NCBI GenBank assembly: GCA_020137815.1
Contig: CM035352.1
Coordinates: 2,728,001 to 2,792,000 of the forward strand
Length of the DNA: 64,000 nt
Source of the DNA: Hormiphora californensis
Taxonomy: Eukaryota; Animalia; Ctenophora
Direction of reading: 5' to 3'
In this document: piece after piece, positions 1-15,011 of the stretch
Numbering within the stretch: the stretch's first letter is position 1
How the letters are laid out: each line of letters opens with the position of its first letter
Notes under the pieces: generated by a model
Told to the model about the DNA's origin: nothing
The model's database searches: none
Seen by the model: the letters and a program-made list of their open reading frames with translations, nothing else
Translations under genes and position numbers: made by a program

Positions 1-539
1 GTACAGTTTTTAATCTAGTTTACCACTGTACCGGCCGTTTCACTCTCCGACCTAAAACAAAAATCGCAACCCCACAAAACTTCAAAATAATGAAATTCGC
101 ATCTCGCATGTCGTGTTGCATGTCGTGTCATGTTATTGACGCGCTCGCGTTCAACTCTCACACAGCAGCTGCAGAACATGGCGGGAAACATCGAGGAGTA
201 GAGAGAGGGTCGGTGCCGAATCAAATATTTCTTGATCTTGATCTACTCCATCTCTCAGCTATCCTACCCCTCATCAACTCGATCTCTCAGCTACCCTACC
301 CCTCATCTACTCCATCTTTCAGCTACCCTACCCCTCATCTACTCCATCTTTCAGCTACCCTACCCCTTATCTAGTCCATCTCTCAGCTACCCTACTCCTC
401 ATCTACTCCATCTCTCAGCTTCCCTATTAGGGAAGCATAGAGATGGAAACGATTAGGGGTAGGGAATCCCTATCCATAATCGTTTCCATCTCTATGCTTC
501 CCTAGCCCTCATCAACTCCATCTTTCAGCTACCCTACCC

Positions 540-1465
540 CTAATCTAGTCCATCTCTCCGCTACCCTACTCCTCATCTACTCCATCTCTCAGCTACCCTA
601 CCTCCCATTTACTCCATCTCTCAGCTACCCTACCTCCCATTTACTCCATCTCTCAGCTTCCCTACCTCCCATTTACTCCATCTCTCAGCTTACCTACCTC
701 CCATTTACTCCATATCTCAGCTTCCCTAACTGCCATTTACTCCATCTTTCAGATACCCTACCTCCCATTTACTCCATCTCTCAGCTTCCCTACCTCCCAT
801 TTACTCCATCTCTCAGCTACCCAACCTCCCATTCACTCCATCTATCAGCTACCCTACCTCCCATTTACTCCATCTCTCAGCTTCCCTACCTCCCATTTAC
901 TCCATCTCTTAGCTTACCTACCTCCCATTTACTCCATATCTCAGCTTCCCTACCTCCCATTTACTCCATCTCTCAGATACCCTACCTCCCATTTACTCCA
1001 TCTCTCAGCTTACCTACCTTCCATTTACTCCATCTCTCAGCTTCCCTACCTCCCATTTACTCTATCCCTCAGCTACCCTACCTCCCATTTGATCCATCTC
1101 TCAGCTTCCCTACCTCCCATTTACTCCATTTCTCAGCTTCCCTACCTCTCATTTACTTACTCCATCTCTCAGCTACCCTACCTCTCATTTAGTACTCCAT
1201 CTCTCAGCTACCCTACCTCCCATTTACTCCATCTCTCAGCTTCCCTACCCTCCCATTTACTCCATCTCTCAGCTTCCCTACCTCCCATTTACTCCATCTC
1301 TCAGCTACCTTACCTTCCATTTACTCCATCTCTCAGCTTCCCTTCCTCCCATTTACTCCATCTCTCAGCTACCCTACCTCCCATTTACTCCATCTCTCAG
1401 CTTCCCTACCTCCCATTTACTCCATCTCTCAGCTTCCCTACCTCCCATTTTACTCCCATCTCTCA
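540..1465 (+). repeat. 30-bp minisatellite CCTACCTCCCATTTACTCCATCTCTCAGCT, ~30 copies
   Basis: Directly visible tandem units, with degenerate units back to ~240. Confidence 0.95.
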
Positions 1466-1487
1466 GGGGTAGGAATGTTAGGATAAA

Positions 1488-2340
1488 TGAGAGATGGAGT
1501 AAATGGGAGGTAGGGAAGCTGAGAGATGGAGTAAATGGGAGGTAGGGAAGCTGAGAGATGGAGTAAATTGGGAGGTAGGGAAGGTAAGCGATGGAGTAAA
1601 TGGGAGGAAGGGAAGCTGAAAGATGGAGTAAATGGGAGGTAGGGAAGCTGAGAGATGGAGTAAGTGGGAGGTAGGGTAGCTGAGAGATGGAGTAAAATGG
1701 GAGGTAGGGAAGTTGAGAGATGGAGTAAATGGGAGGTAGGGAAGCTGAGGGATGGAGTAAATGGGAGGTAGGGAAGCTGAGAGATGGAGTAATGGGAGGT
1801 AGGGAAGCTGAGAGATGGATAAATGGGTGGGTAGGGTAGCTGAGAGATGGAGTGAATGGGGAGTAGGGTAGCTGAGAGATGGAGTAAATGGGAGGCAGGG
1901 ATGGAGTAAATGGGAGGTAGGGAAGCTGAGAGATGGAGTAAATGGGAGGTAAGGTAGCTGAGAGATGGAGTAAATGGGAGGAAGGGAAGCTGAGAGATGG
2001 AGTAAATGGAAGGTAAGGTAGCTGTGAGATGGAGTAAATGGGAGGTAGGGAAGCTGAGAGATGGAGTAAATGGGAGGTAGGGAAGCTGAGAGATGGAGTG
2101 AATGGGAGGTTGGGTAGCTGAGAGATGGAGTAAATGGGAGGTAGGGAAGCTGAGAGATGGAGTAAATGAGAGGTAGGGAAGCTGAGAGATGGAGTAAATG
2201 GAGGTAGTAAGCTGAGAGATGGAGTAAATGGGAGGTAGGGAAGCTGAGAGATGGAGTAAATGGGAGGTAGGGAAGCTGAGAGATGGAGTAAATGGGAGGT
2301 AGGGTAGCTGAGAGATGGAGTAGATGAGGAGTAGGGTAGC
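1488..2340 (-). repeat. Same 30-bp minisatellite in inverted orientation, ~28 copies
   Basis: Units read AGCTGAGAGATGGAGTAAATGGGAGGTAGG on the + strand. Confidence 0.95.
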
Positions 2341-3332
2341 GGAGAGATGGACTAGATTAGGGGTAGGGTAGCTGAAAGATGGAGTTGATGAGGGCTAGGG
2401 AAGCATAGAGATGGAATTTGGAAACGATTATGGATAGGTATTCCCTACTCCTAATCGTTTCCATCTCTATGCTTCCCTAATAGGGAAGCTGAGAGATGGA
2501 GTAGATGAGGAGTAGGGTAGCTGAGAGATGGACTAGATAAGGGGTAGGGTAGCTGAAAGATGGAGTAGATGAGGGGTAGGGTAGCTGAAAGATGGAGTAG
2601 ATGAGGGGTAGGGTAGCTGAGAGATCGAGTTGATGAGGGGAGGATAGCTGAGAGATGGATTAGATCAAGATCAAGAAATATTTGATTCGGCACCGACCCT
2701 CTCTCTACTCCTCGATGTTTCCCGCCATGTTCTGCAGCTGCTGTGTGAGAGTTGAACGCGAAGCGCGTCAATAACATGACACGACATGCAACACGACATG
2801 CGAGATGCGAATTTCATTATTTTGAAGTTTTGTGGGGTTTAGCGATTTTTGTTTTAGGTCGGAGAGTGAAACGGCCGTACAGTGGTAAACTAGATTAAAA
2901 ACTGTACGCCTCATTAGACGGCGATTTTTCCTATCTTGTCTGGTTCCTGAGATATGGCCCCCTAAAAAGTTTTGGGGTTTTCAAACTGCTGAATCGGGGT
3001 CACGCGAGGAAAAAGGGGTCAGTTTGCGTGTACTGCTCCTTTTTTTACGGGGCTTGAAGGGGTGACGAAACTCACCCTTTTCATGGTTCCTTACATTGTG
3101 TTTAAATCTAAAAGCTGAGCGCATGCTTTTAAAAACCTTGACGGTTTATTTCTCGCAACGCGCCGCACTAGCAAAAACCCACATGCATTCACACCCTATT
3201 ATAAATTAACTACCCAAACCCCAAACGGTTTAGTTTAAAAAGGGGATTTAGAATTTTTTTCTTTTTTTTTCCCTTCATTTCAAACCTCCCCTTTTTCTAC
3301 CCCCCCCGACAGTTGATTTATGATTCCCTCAG

Positions 3333-3581
3333 ATAATGTATCGTGGCTTCAGCGCTACTTGCCTTCCTTTGCTCTACAATGATATTATCTCTCATCTAAC
3401 TGGCAAGGTATGTTTTAAACTATGGGTGGGAACAAATTGTGAGTTTTGAACCATTTTCCCCCCGAGAGAAAAAACCGTAGTGTATCCCTCAAAGTCTCAC
3501 AATCAAATTTGCAATTCAAAGCTGGGGACTGCTTGCCAACCTCCAACTCTGTCCCCTCAGGTTGCGTTGAAAACTAGGTGA
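3333..3581 (+). CDS. Possible last two exons (3333-3407, 3561-3581) of a gene starting left of the window
   Basis: ccctcag|ATAATG...GGCAAG|gtatgt and gtcccctcag|GTTGCG...TGA join to give IMYRGFSATCLPLLYNDIISHLTGK-VALKTR*. No recognisable homology. Confidence 0.25.
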
Positions 3582-5263
3582 CCAGCTGTAACTGGACTAT
3601 AAGCACTGATATTTGTCTTCCCGGAATGCCTTTTAGAGGGGAACAACTATCGGGGAAGACGGGGAGGGGTGACTCGGGGGGAGAGGGTGACTCAGAGGAG
3701 GGGGTGACTCGGAGTAAGGGTTGACTGATCGGTTGGGTTTGGAGAAGGGATTCATGTTTGATGCCATCTGTTGTAAAGTCTCTGTTTCTGTCATTCAAGC
3801 TAGTCATGGTATGAACTTTCTTATCAATTTTTCACCCCCCCCCTTTTCATGACTCGTTCTAGTCTTGGGAACCGGTGGGGGTGGGACTTGGGGGGCCTAG
3901 AGGGGGTTTGGGATGGGGTGCTAGGGGGAGGGAAAATTGTGGGGGGTAGGGGGGGGCTAGAAGGTACTGGTTGGAAAACAGGACCTGTGTCACAGGTGCA
4001 CCTGGTGCAGGATGATCAATGGGCCGGGATGAGGACAGTCTGTTTATTTTAGGACACATTATCCCATTTTCTCAGCTCCTTTTCCCTTTTTAAATTTCAC
4101 ACTAGAAAAAGAGAAGAGAAGAGAGAGAGAGAGAGAGAGGAGAAAAGGGGAGGGAGAGAGAGGGAGAAGAGAGGGAAAGGGGAGATAGGAGAAGAGGGTC
4201 AGGGAGGTGAGAGGGAAAAAAGGGGGGAGAGTTTGCGCCTTTTCCCCCCAAACTAGTCTTTTTCCCCCACCGATCCTAAGACCATTTGTATAAAGAACAG
4301 GTCACAAGAGCTATGCTTCTGCTTAAAAGGGGGTTTGTAGCTTTCTAGTACTAGCCCCACTCTCTCCTAACCCTCTCTCTCTTTTCTCTTTCTCTCTTCT
4401 CTATCCCCCCTTTTCTCTCTCTCTCCTTTCTCTCTTTCTTTCTTTCTTTTCCCTCCTTCCTTTCCTTCTTTCCTCTCTCTCCTCTCTCCTCCCCCCTCTC
4501 CTCCCGGTCTTTCCCTTTTCCCCCCCTCTCTTCCACCCCTCCCTTCTCTCTCTCCTCTCCCCCTTTTCCCTCGTCCCCGGAGCTTATGGGCCCCCCCCTT
4601 TCCCTTTCCCTCTCCCCCTTTTTTTTTTCCCCTTTTCCCCCCTGGACCAATACCCAGGCTGCTCTATCCATCATCCACCATCCTGATCGATCAATGAACA
4701 CAACGTCTTTAGACTTTATGGCTCTATTCTTCCGAATATGAGCCAGTCTTCTGTTTTATTAGATCGTGTACTTGTTCAATGAATATGCAGCGATTCAATG
4801 TCACTAGTTTAGACCTATGTTTGTGGAGTTGCCCCATACAGCTTTCTTGAATCATGTTTTACTTTAGGTCATACTTATCATGTTAGAAAAACTTGGTAGA
4901 ATGGGTTCTTGATTTGTAACTATATCAATATGTAGGCCTGGTAATGATCGAGATCATGACGCAACGACACGTGTATCTGCGAAGTAGCTCACGCTTCACC
5001 TCCCTAAAATGATTCCTATCAAAGTTGGTTCTATATCCACCTCATTGTTTCAATATGTGGCAGTATCACATAGTTTTCCATTTGATGTTAGTTTACAACC
5101 ATTCCTAACATGATTGTTTGGCACTCTAAGTATTGCCAGTAGTACCATGGAAACAGATAATTCTTGTAACCAGTTACTACTGCGGTCCACTGTATCTCGC
5201 CCCACAATCTTCACATGGCCAGATGCACGTGCAAACCACAGAGGTGAAGAAGGGAGCGAGACT

Positions 5264-5267
<4 letters not shown>

Positions 5268-5335
<68 letters not shown>

Positions 5336-5357
5336 GAGAGAGAGAGAGACAGAGAGA
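5268..5357. repeat. (GA)n microsatellite
   Basis: Directly visible. Confidence 0.95.
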
Positions 5358-5848
5358 AAACAAAAAGCTCTTCTATAGCAAGTAGAGGATGTTTTACAGC
5401 GACTGTGTGAGTGTGCAGGTGCTTGTCTTAGTTCTACGTAAACTACTGGGAGGGAGTAGATAGAAAGAGATAGAGAGAAAGAAGAACGAGATAGAGATGG
5501 AGAGAGAGAAAGCAAGACCACAAATGCATGTGTTTCGTAAATTTTTACAATAATAGTGCAAGTGATTTATTGATCAGCCATTGTTGTCTCTTAAAATTGT
5601 TCTGTATTGTGCAGTGGAACAATTTGAGTTTGGTCTTGGGAAATAGTTATCAGAAATTGTTTGAATTCTTGTTTCCTAATCAGAATCTATAATACCGTGT
5701 TTATTTAGCCAAGTGATTATGATCATGTGTATACGCAGACAATACAAATTGTCATTAGTTGTTGTATCCTGTGTATTGCTCTAATCATCTTGTGTAATTG
5801 GCGTGTTTAACAATTACTGATGAACGGCACGCCACCTACAAATAGCTC

Positions 5849-5882
<34 letters not shown>

Positions 5883-7114
5883 GATCTATCTTTTTTCTAT
5901 CGTTTTCTACTGGTGTGAAGCACGTTTTACAGATCACAGAGCGTGCCGGTAATGGTATCGATAAAGTAACTAGATGGTTTAAACTCCGGTAACTTGTAAC
6001 ATCACTTTTAACTGTCTAATTACAAGTTAAATGTGCCTGTTAAAGTGAACATAACTCGGCTAATAGCCCCATTTGGATAATTACAAAGTTGAACTTTTAC
6101 ATTTTTATTCGTTTAACCATGATGCCCCGACTGTCAGAGCGATCCCTCAGCCTGACAGCGAATGATCCGATGAAGCGTATAATGTTTTTGTGGTTTCGAT
6201 TGATTTTTCTTTATCTCTCTCAGCCATCTCTCGATTTTCTTTATTTCCTCTCCATTTCCATTCTTTGGAGTGTCTCTCTCATCTCAAAGTGTTAGAACAT
6301 TATGTATTTAGTGGCCGCACCTGTCCATCTGAGGATTTTTTGTTTTTCCCCCTTTCCCCCCTTGTTTTTTTTCCCCTCATTCCCCCTCCTGGGGGAACCT
6401 TTCGAACCAATTGGGAACTTCCCAATACCGGGGGTTTCCCAATTTGGGCCCTTAAAACTTAAAAGGCTAAAAGTTTTTTTGTAGTATTTTCAGGCTTGAT
6501 TCCGGGTAATTTTTTTGGGGACCGATTTTACCCAAGACCCCTACATTGGGAAAATGCCCGGTGATAAAAAAGGGTTTTTTGGGTTTTTGTTAAAAAGGGG
6601 GTTTAAAAAAATTTTTTGGGTTTAATTTTCCCTTTTGCTTTTAACATTTTTTTAATTTTTTTAAAAAACTTTTTGGGATTTAAAAAAATTCCCCCAAAAA
6701 TTCCCCCTTTTTGCCAATTTTTAATTTCCCTTATTTTTTAAAAGGTTTTAACCAGGCAATTGGTCCCATTTCTTTTTTTTTCCCAATTTGGACGACGGAA
6801 ACCGGGGGGGCGGGCCTACTTTTAGGGGCGAAAAGGGGGGCCCCGCATTTGTTTTAAACCTACTTGGTATTTTATCACGCATATAATGCTTGTTGTGTCA
6901 CAAATTTTAAAAGGGGTCATTTTGGGAGTTTTTTCTCAAGCTCCTATAAAATTTTTTCCAATTTGGCCCTGGGCATGATCTGCAGTCACTCACTTTCCTC
7001 TTGAATCTCTCTCTCAGTACAGTTCTCACATCTCTATCTTTCTCCTGTAGCTTGTATCAGATCAGAGAGAAAGCAAATGGATCCTGATTGCAAAAAGCCA
7101 TCAAACACAGTACA

Positions 7115-7280
<166 letters not shown>

Positions 7281-8089
7281 ATCCCAATGTCTGCATGTTA
7301 TCACACGTTTTACTGCCTACGCCGAAGTTCAAAAACTCTCGGTGTTCGTTCTCCGTCAGTTAATTGGACGTACCACCTTTCTCTCTCCATCTCCATCCCT
7401 CCCTCTCTATCTATCTATCTATCTCTATCTCTCTCCCACTCTCTTCTCACTCAAGTGGGGCATTATTATGTCTCACAGTTTTGCTGGTACATAGTCTCTT
7501 ACACAGTATAATAATCAATTAGTGGACCTCACTTCAGCGTGTGTGATATAATGTGCTCACCCCACCTGACCCCTGCTGCACCACCACACCCAGGCACGCG
7601 GTGGGCTGGACAACACTTCCCTTCCAATAGAGGTTCCTTTGGGGCGATGATTATACTGCCGTCTAGTTCTATCCGAGATACAGATACATTACTGTTAGAT
7701 CGTCGGTGTGGTTATGTCAATCAAGAATCAGTTATGGGGTCGAAAGTTTACTTTTCAAAGACATGTCGATTTGGTGATTGGACCAATGAACTCGTGTAAT
7801 TTAGCTCCCTGATGTTTGGGCTGCCCCTCCCTAGGTGTAGTACCCATGTGAGCCTAGCCTATACAGTCGAGCTCTCTCTCCCTTCTGTTTCTCTCTCCCC
7901 TACTCTCTTTCTCTCCTCTCTCACTTTCACTCTCTCCTTTGCCCTTCTCTCTCCGTCTTTCCCTCATGTGTAACGAGCTTCCGCTACATCCAAGTTTTTT
8001 GTGCTCCGAACCGAGGTCAGCCCTAGTTCGAACTGGCTTTTAATTGGTCATACCGCTCGATCAAAGTGGATAATGCATCCTAGCTCATC

Positions 8090-8939
<850 letters not shown>

Positions 8940-9110
8940 CACTGCATGGACAGTTTAGTACACGTCAACATTATTCAATTTACCTTTTTTCGTTGTGCTG
9001 TTTCATTCTGACGATTCTGGACAAACACCGCCACAACACATTGTACACGTGCAAATTGCACCGGTTTATTTTTACTGAACACAGTCTTGTGACCAACTGC
9101 ACTGACAACG

Positions 9111-9531
9111 ATGAAGCGGGCTCTGGAAGAAGATGGTAAGAATTGTTCAATAGACAAGGTTTTTGTATTGATCATCTATTAGGAGACTGGTTAGCACTAT
9201 CTGATCTTGATTCAGCCACGATGACATGCTAAGTGATTGTTCTGTCTTGTTATTTACTACATGTGTAACCCAGTACGTGGGTCTAGACCTCGTTTACCAA
9301 TCTATATCCAGGAAAAGCCTCCTAGGATATGATGCGGTTTGCTTTATAGGCTGACACACGGCTCGTATCATGTTTTTATGACGTAGGTAGGCCTCTTAAT
9401 GTAGTTGTTTCTTGTTTTTTGTATCTTAGAACAGACTTGACTAACTATAGTCTTTACTATCATTTATTAAGTCATTGCCATTTGAGATAATTGAAACATA
9501 AATAATGAGGCAGATCAGAGAGAGGAGAGAG

Positions 9532-9605
<74 letters not shown>

Positions 9606-11993
9606 CTGGTGAGATTGGTTTGTTCGATTGAAATGACTCCTGCGAAGAGTGAAATATTTGACTGCTATTTCCGTGTTGTTAAAAGCTTTTAAGATTTTAA
9701 AAGGCTCTTTTGCACTTTATGAAGGGAGAAGGTGCGATGCAACCATGCCTATTGGTTAGCAATATGTCTCAATTAATCTGAATCTCAACATGCCTAATAG
9801 CCTTAGCAGTAGCCCCGCCTCTTCCTAAAGGTGGATTCTAGTAATTTAGTGGTCGTCGAACTTCTCTTTATCCATTCCGCTTCATCATAATTCTGATTTT
9901 GTAGAATTTATATTGGCAGTTTACCTCATGTGGATGTATGCACGTGAGCGTTAGGACAGATTCAGCTCATATGGACGTGTCAACTTTTTCCCAAAATGCC
10001 AGCTAACTTCGCAATATGCTGCAATACGCGAATTTCCACAATACATATCTCACTGCAACTGCACTGTAGTACTGCAGCAGTACGACCTAAAATGCAAGTA
10101 AAGCATTCACACTACACTTGTACGACAGGTCGAGTGGGTCACATATGATTTCTTTCCTGGATTGCACTTTGCCGACAGTATTATAGTTCCTTTCCCTTGA
10201 TGTACCGAACCCAAGCAGCCCATCCCCCCTTCCGCCGCTCGACAGTGATACATACAGTGATACACACCTCGAATATTAGCTGCATCTGTTGTTTCGGTGT
10301 GGGATTGTAGGATCATTTCTGTGTTCTAGATTCCGCTTACTTGCCAGTTATTAGAACTTGTACTATAGGGCTGAGGGCATATTTCATACCTCATCTGAGT
10401 CATATCTATCTTGCATACAGTCATTCTGACTGCAGAGTCTGCAGTCAGAATGATTTGGTAATTTCTAAATTAGGGATATCAACCTACCATAAAAGTGTGG
10501 TATATTGTTGTGGAAATTAGGGTTGCATATTATTGATATTGTTACAGGTTATAACACCTCGTCCTATGTTATTTTTACTTGCAACTGCACCTCCCAATTG
10601 GCACCTCCCTTTGGAACATAGACAGAACACGCCATGTGGAGAGAGAGAGAGAGGAGAGGGTCAGAGACAGAGCGGAGAGTAGAGAGGAGTAGAGAGAGAG
10701 CTGAAGAGACTGTGAGAGGACATGTAACAAATTAAAATATTTGACATTGAACAATTGTCGCACCGACCTCTATCCACACTACCGGTATCGTTTGCGTTGC
10801 TCCTTCTGTCTTCTCCTTTCACATGCGTTCTAAAGCCAAAAAAAAAAAAAAAAACCCCCTCCCCCCCCCACTGCTGTGCAAATGCACCTCCTTGGGCTAA
10901 TGCTACTCCTTCCCTTGACCCTCTGGCCTCTCAAACATAGCAAGTTGCATCGTTGTCTCAATCATAGTCTCCCATCACCAACCACTTGCACAACCACTTG
11001 CACTATCCACAGTGCTCAATATATCTGCAGTATTATCGGGCACTAACCAAATACATCTAACAATTTGGTGGTCCGTGGATTATTCTCGCCCACTGTATTT
11101 ATATTTTATCCGACCTATTTTGCAGCAGTCTAGACCTTGATATTTCTAAGCCATCCCCAACTAATTCATGCAAGACCAATCGGCAACTAGGGACGATGGC
11201 ACAGCTGCAAAAGGTGCAAATTGAGACCCTGCTCGTTTAGAAGAATATCAGGCGGGGGTGATTGTTGGTGTCTATAAAAATATCGATTGTGTGAGATCCC
11301 CACACACTATATTATTGAACTGATAACGGACACACATACAGAGAGAGAGAGGGGGAGTCTCCCGGCTAACTCTGGGGCCCCTACTTTAATTCGCCTCAGG
11401 TTTCTAGCCGATCGCCCCCAAGGTTTCTCTCTCTATCTCCCTATCTCTATCTCTCTCTCTCTCTCCCTTGAGCTGGCTTCTCCCCTGGGCACTCTCTACG
11501 TATCGCTAAGTGTTAAATTCCACGGAGCCTCGAGCCAACACTGCTTTATCAATTCTTTCTCTTTCTCTCTCTGCTTCACCCTTCAGTTAGTACAGAAAAT
11601 TGTAGCCCCTGCTTGGTCCATTGGAGAGAGAGATTAGTAAATGGTGGAGATAGAGAGGGTTAACGAGAGGGAGAGAGAGAGAGAATCAGAGACAGGTTAC
11701 CGGAAATAGATAGCAATGTGAATTTACCAATGATCAGATATTTTTCTCTCGCAAAAGTAGAAAATCATTTTCTATACCGAGGCTGGTGATGTTGATTATC
11801 ATTCTGCTGGCTGGTCTATACCAACAGATCATGAGATCGAGAATTTAATTTCGTCTTTTTCCGTTTTTCTCTGAAACGATTTCATTTTTCTCTGAAACGG
11901 TTTGACCTTGTGTGAGCTTCTTCCTGTTGTAGATTTATCTCAGGATCTCAGCGTGTATAACTGACCACAACAAGTTCGAGTCTCTCCGCACTA

Positions 11994-12047
<54 letters not shown>

Positions 12048-12256
12048 TCTCTCTCTCTTTCTCTCTCTCCCTCTCTCTCCGAGTCTCCATCTATCCCAGT
12101 GTGCAGATTGGTTAATGCTCTTGTTCGATCGCTTCCTCTCTCTCCCGCACGTGTCCTTCTCGCTCCAGTTGAAACGTCTCAAGTTTTCCCAAATCTTAGC
12201 TCAAAGCTCTGAAGCCAGCTCCTTAATTTCTACCAAACGCTATCTAACGCTATCTA

Positions 12257-12302
<46 letters not shown>

Positions 12303-14206
12303 GCTATCTCTCTCCCTCTCTCATCCGGGTCTACTTAAATTTCTTGTTCAACTCGGATGTTTGTTCAACGTTTCACTGTCCATCATTTAACTGGCCTGAT
12401 CGCTATCCCTTTTTGTCAATAGAGATCATATCAGGATCAGTTCGTCACGCTCCGGCAGACAGGTATCATGAGCTGTTATTTCAAATCTAGCTTTGATAAT
12501 ATCCCACTGCAGTGTTGCAATCTCGGGAGGTCGCAATATCATGCAGTCTTCTGCAGTAGCTCTGTATCTTGATTCTTGTGGTTACAAATTTTTAAACTAA
12601 GGGGCGGACTTAAAGGGGTTTCAAAGGACGTAAAATCCCACAGTTCCCTTGTTTGATTTTCCCCTTGAATTTTTAGTTTTTTGGAAAGGGGTTTAGGAAA
12701 TTTCCCTTTTTTTAAAAAAGCCCCCTTGTTGTTGGCCTTTATCCAGATTTTTCCCCCGGGAAAAGTCTTTACATGAATGGCGTCAACCCCCTCGTGTCTT
12801 CAAATTATTAAAATAATTACAAACTGTGTTTATATTTTGTGTACCATCCACCCTAAGAAAAACGAACTGTAGAGATCTTTGGGCGATCGTCTAAATTTCG
12901 CCCTTTTCAGTCCCCCGGAAATATGCAGCACCACCCACGGACTTTTTTTTTTTTCACAAATACCCTTCTATTATGTGAGTAAATATTACAAACATTTCAC
13001 CCGGATTAGCGATACCCCTATGTGATACCTATCTTTATTCTTTACGAAAAAAATATGAGGAGAAAGGGGGGAGAGGGAGAGAAAGAGAGAGGGGAGGAGG
13101 GGAGAGAGAGAGATCCGGGGGGTTTTGTGTCTGGGTGTTTTTTCCACCCGTCCTAGTTACTTCCGCCATGGGTGGATTAGGTAAAAGTTTGTGGGGCATT
13201 GTCTTGTTTCAAAATGGGGAAAGTTTAGTAGTAGTTTGGTGCTCTTTCTCTCTCCCTTTTTTCTTTTCCTTTCTCTCCTCTCTCTCTTTTCCTCTCCTTT
13301 TCTCTTCCCCTTTCTCCCCTTTCTTTTTTCTTTTCCCTCTCTTTTCTATCCCCTTTTTCTTTCTATTTCTCATTTTATCTTTTTTGACAGAATTTTTCCC
13401 CCCTTTTATTTTCTCTGAAGGATGGGTTTTTTATCACTTTAAACCTTTTTTTTTAATTTTTTTTGGCCCCCTATCACCACCCAAAAAATTTTTTTCAAAC
13501 CCCCTCCTTCCCTCCCCTTTTTTTTTTTTCCCTTTTTTTTTAACCCCCCCAAGTCTTAAAATCCCAAAACCCCCTTTTTTTAAAAACTTATGGTACAAAA
13601 TAGAAACCCCTTTTAAAATTGGGTTTCGGTCAAAAAGCTGATTTTTCAAGTCCTGTCTTTCTTTTCTCCCTCCCTCTCCCCCTTTTTTTATTTTTTTATA
13701 ATTCAAAACACATAAAACCACCCAGTTTTTGACCCTAATATTAGGTTCCGTAAACATATGTCTGTGTAAATTTTTTTTCTCGGTTTTGACACCGTTGGTT
13801 ACCTTTTAATTATTTTTTTTCTTCATTTCCCCTAAAAAAAGTAAAAATGCCCAAAACCTTCCCCAAATTTTTTGGGTTAAAAACATTGGGCAAATAACAA
13901 ATACTTACTAAATTTTTAACTAAAACCCACTATAATACAGCCCCTTTTTTGAACGTTTTTAACCGGGCCCCTGTGAATCCTTTTTCAGGAGGTTACCCTT
14001 GGGGGGGGATACATAAAATTACCTTCCCCACTTTTTTCCCCCCCTTTTTTTTTCTTCCCCCTCCTTTTCCCCTTTTGGGCCCTTTTTTCCCCTTGGGGGG
14101 TTTTCCCCCTTTTTCTCTCCTTCTCTCCTCTCTTTCTCTCTCCTCCTCTTCCTCTCTCTCTCTCTTCTCCTACTTCTCTTTTTCCCTTTCTCTTCTTTTC
14201 TCTCTC

Positions 14207-14259
<53 letters not shown>

Positions 14260-14970
14260 TTCTATCTACCTCTATACCTATCTCCATCTCGGATCGAAAC
14301 ACTCGTTTGAAGCGGAGAGACGCTATTTGTAGACATAATCTATTGCTCGACCCTCTCTTTGATAGCTCGATCGAATAAAGGGCTCGACAAATTTGCTTGA
14401 AAGAGCAACTGCAGTTTGTTCCTGGACAGAGCGTGCATGTCCTGAGTCACTAACGAACTTGTGTCTGATTCACAACCCCCTCCCCACAAATATCATCGTC
14501 TCACCCCTTTCTCTTTCTCTCTCTTTAGTTCTCTCCCTCTCTCTCCTCCGTTCTCATACCTCTTGGGTTTTGCCGTGTTTTTAAATTCAATCAAAAACCC
14601 GATACCTCCGTATTTTTCAATGAAACGTTCCAAGTAAAAGCTTAAGAATTTCATTCCTCTACGACCACGGACCTGCCCCTTCTTTTTTATTTTAGGTTCT
14701 ATATCAGATCTAAAAGTAGCACAATGTTTTTTTATTATCCTGATATTTGTAACTTGTTTTCTCACACACGCAGAATGTGGGTGTACCAAAGACTAATCGC
14801 TCTCCCTTCTTGACCTCGTTTAATTCTTTATTAGTTGTGTTGCCTTAGGCTCTCTGTATACTGTTTGGACTGATTAGAGAGACGAAGGGGAATGTGGAGT
14901 GACAGGAAGACTACGTCCACTGTCGCCCCAGATAATCAGAGAGTGAGTGCCTCCGGTCTGTAGATGAGGA

Positions 14971-15011
<41 letters not shown>

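Larger units (their letters stand above)
1..2907. mobile_element. Fold-back (FB-like) palindromic element; arms ~1-1465 and ~1488-2907, may extend left of the window
   Basis: 1-~500 is the reverse complement of ~2390-2907 (gtacagtttttaatctagtttaccactgtac vs gtacagtggtaaactagattaaaaactgtac). Inner arms are opposite-orientation 30-bp arrays; spacer ~20 bp. No transposase or TSD visible. Confidence 0.65.

Noticed and set aside
15-2777. ORFs within the fold-back element
   Set aside because: Products of a stop-free 30-bp repeat; no transposase or other domain.
3574-3807. 77-aa Ser/Pro-rich minus-strand ORF
   Set aside because: No domain, flanked by degraded sequence, and no exon chain could be built.
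11641-11695. Further candidate Lin28 first exon (phase 1, gttacc donor); also candidates at 6170 and 7077
   Set aside because: Weak donors or wrong phase, and partly microsatellite-derived.
12590-14200. Homopolymer-rich sequence with Phe/Pro/Lys-rich ORFs (also 2960-3310, 3830-4650, 6335-6975)
   Set aside because: The pattern is typical of low-quality long-read consensus, so it cannot be interpreted biologically.
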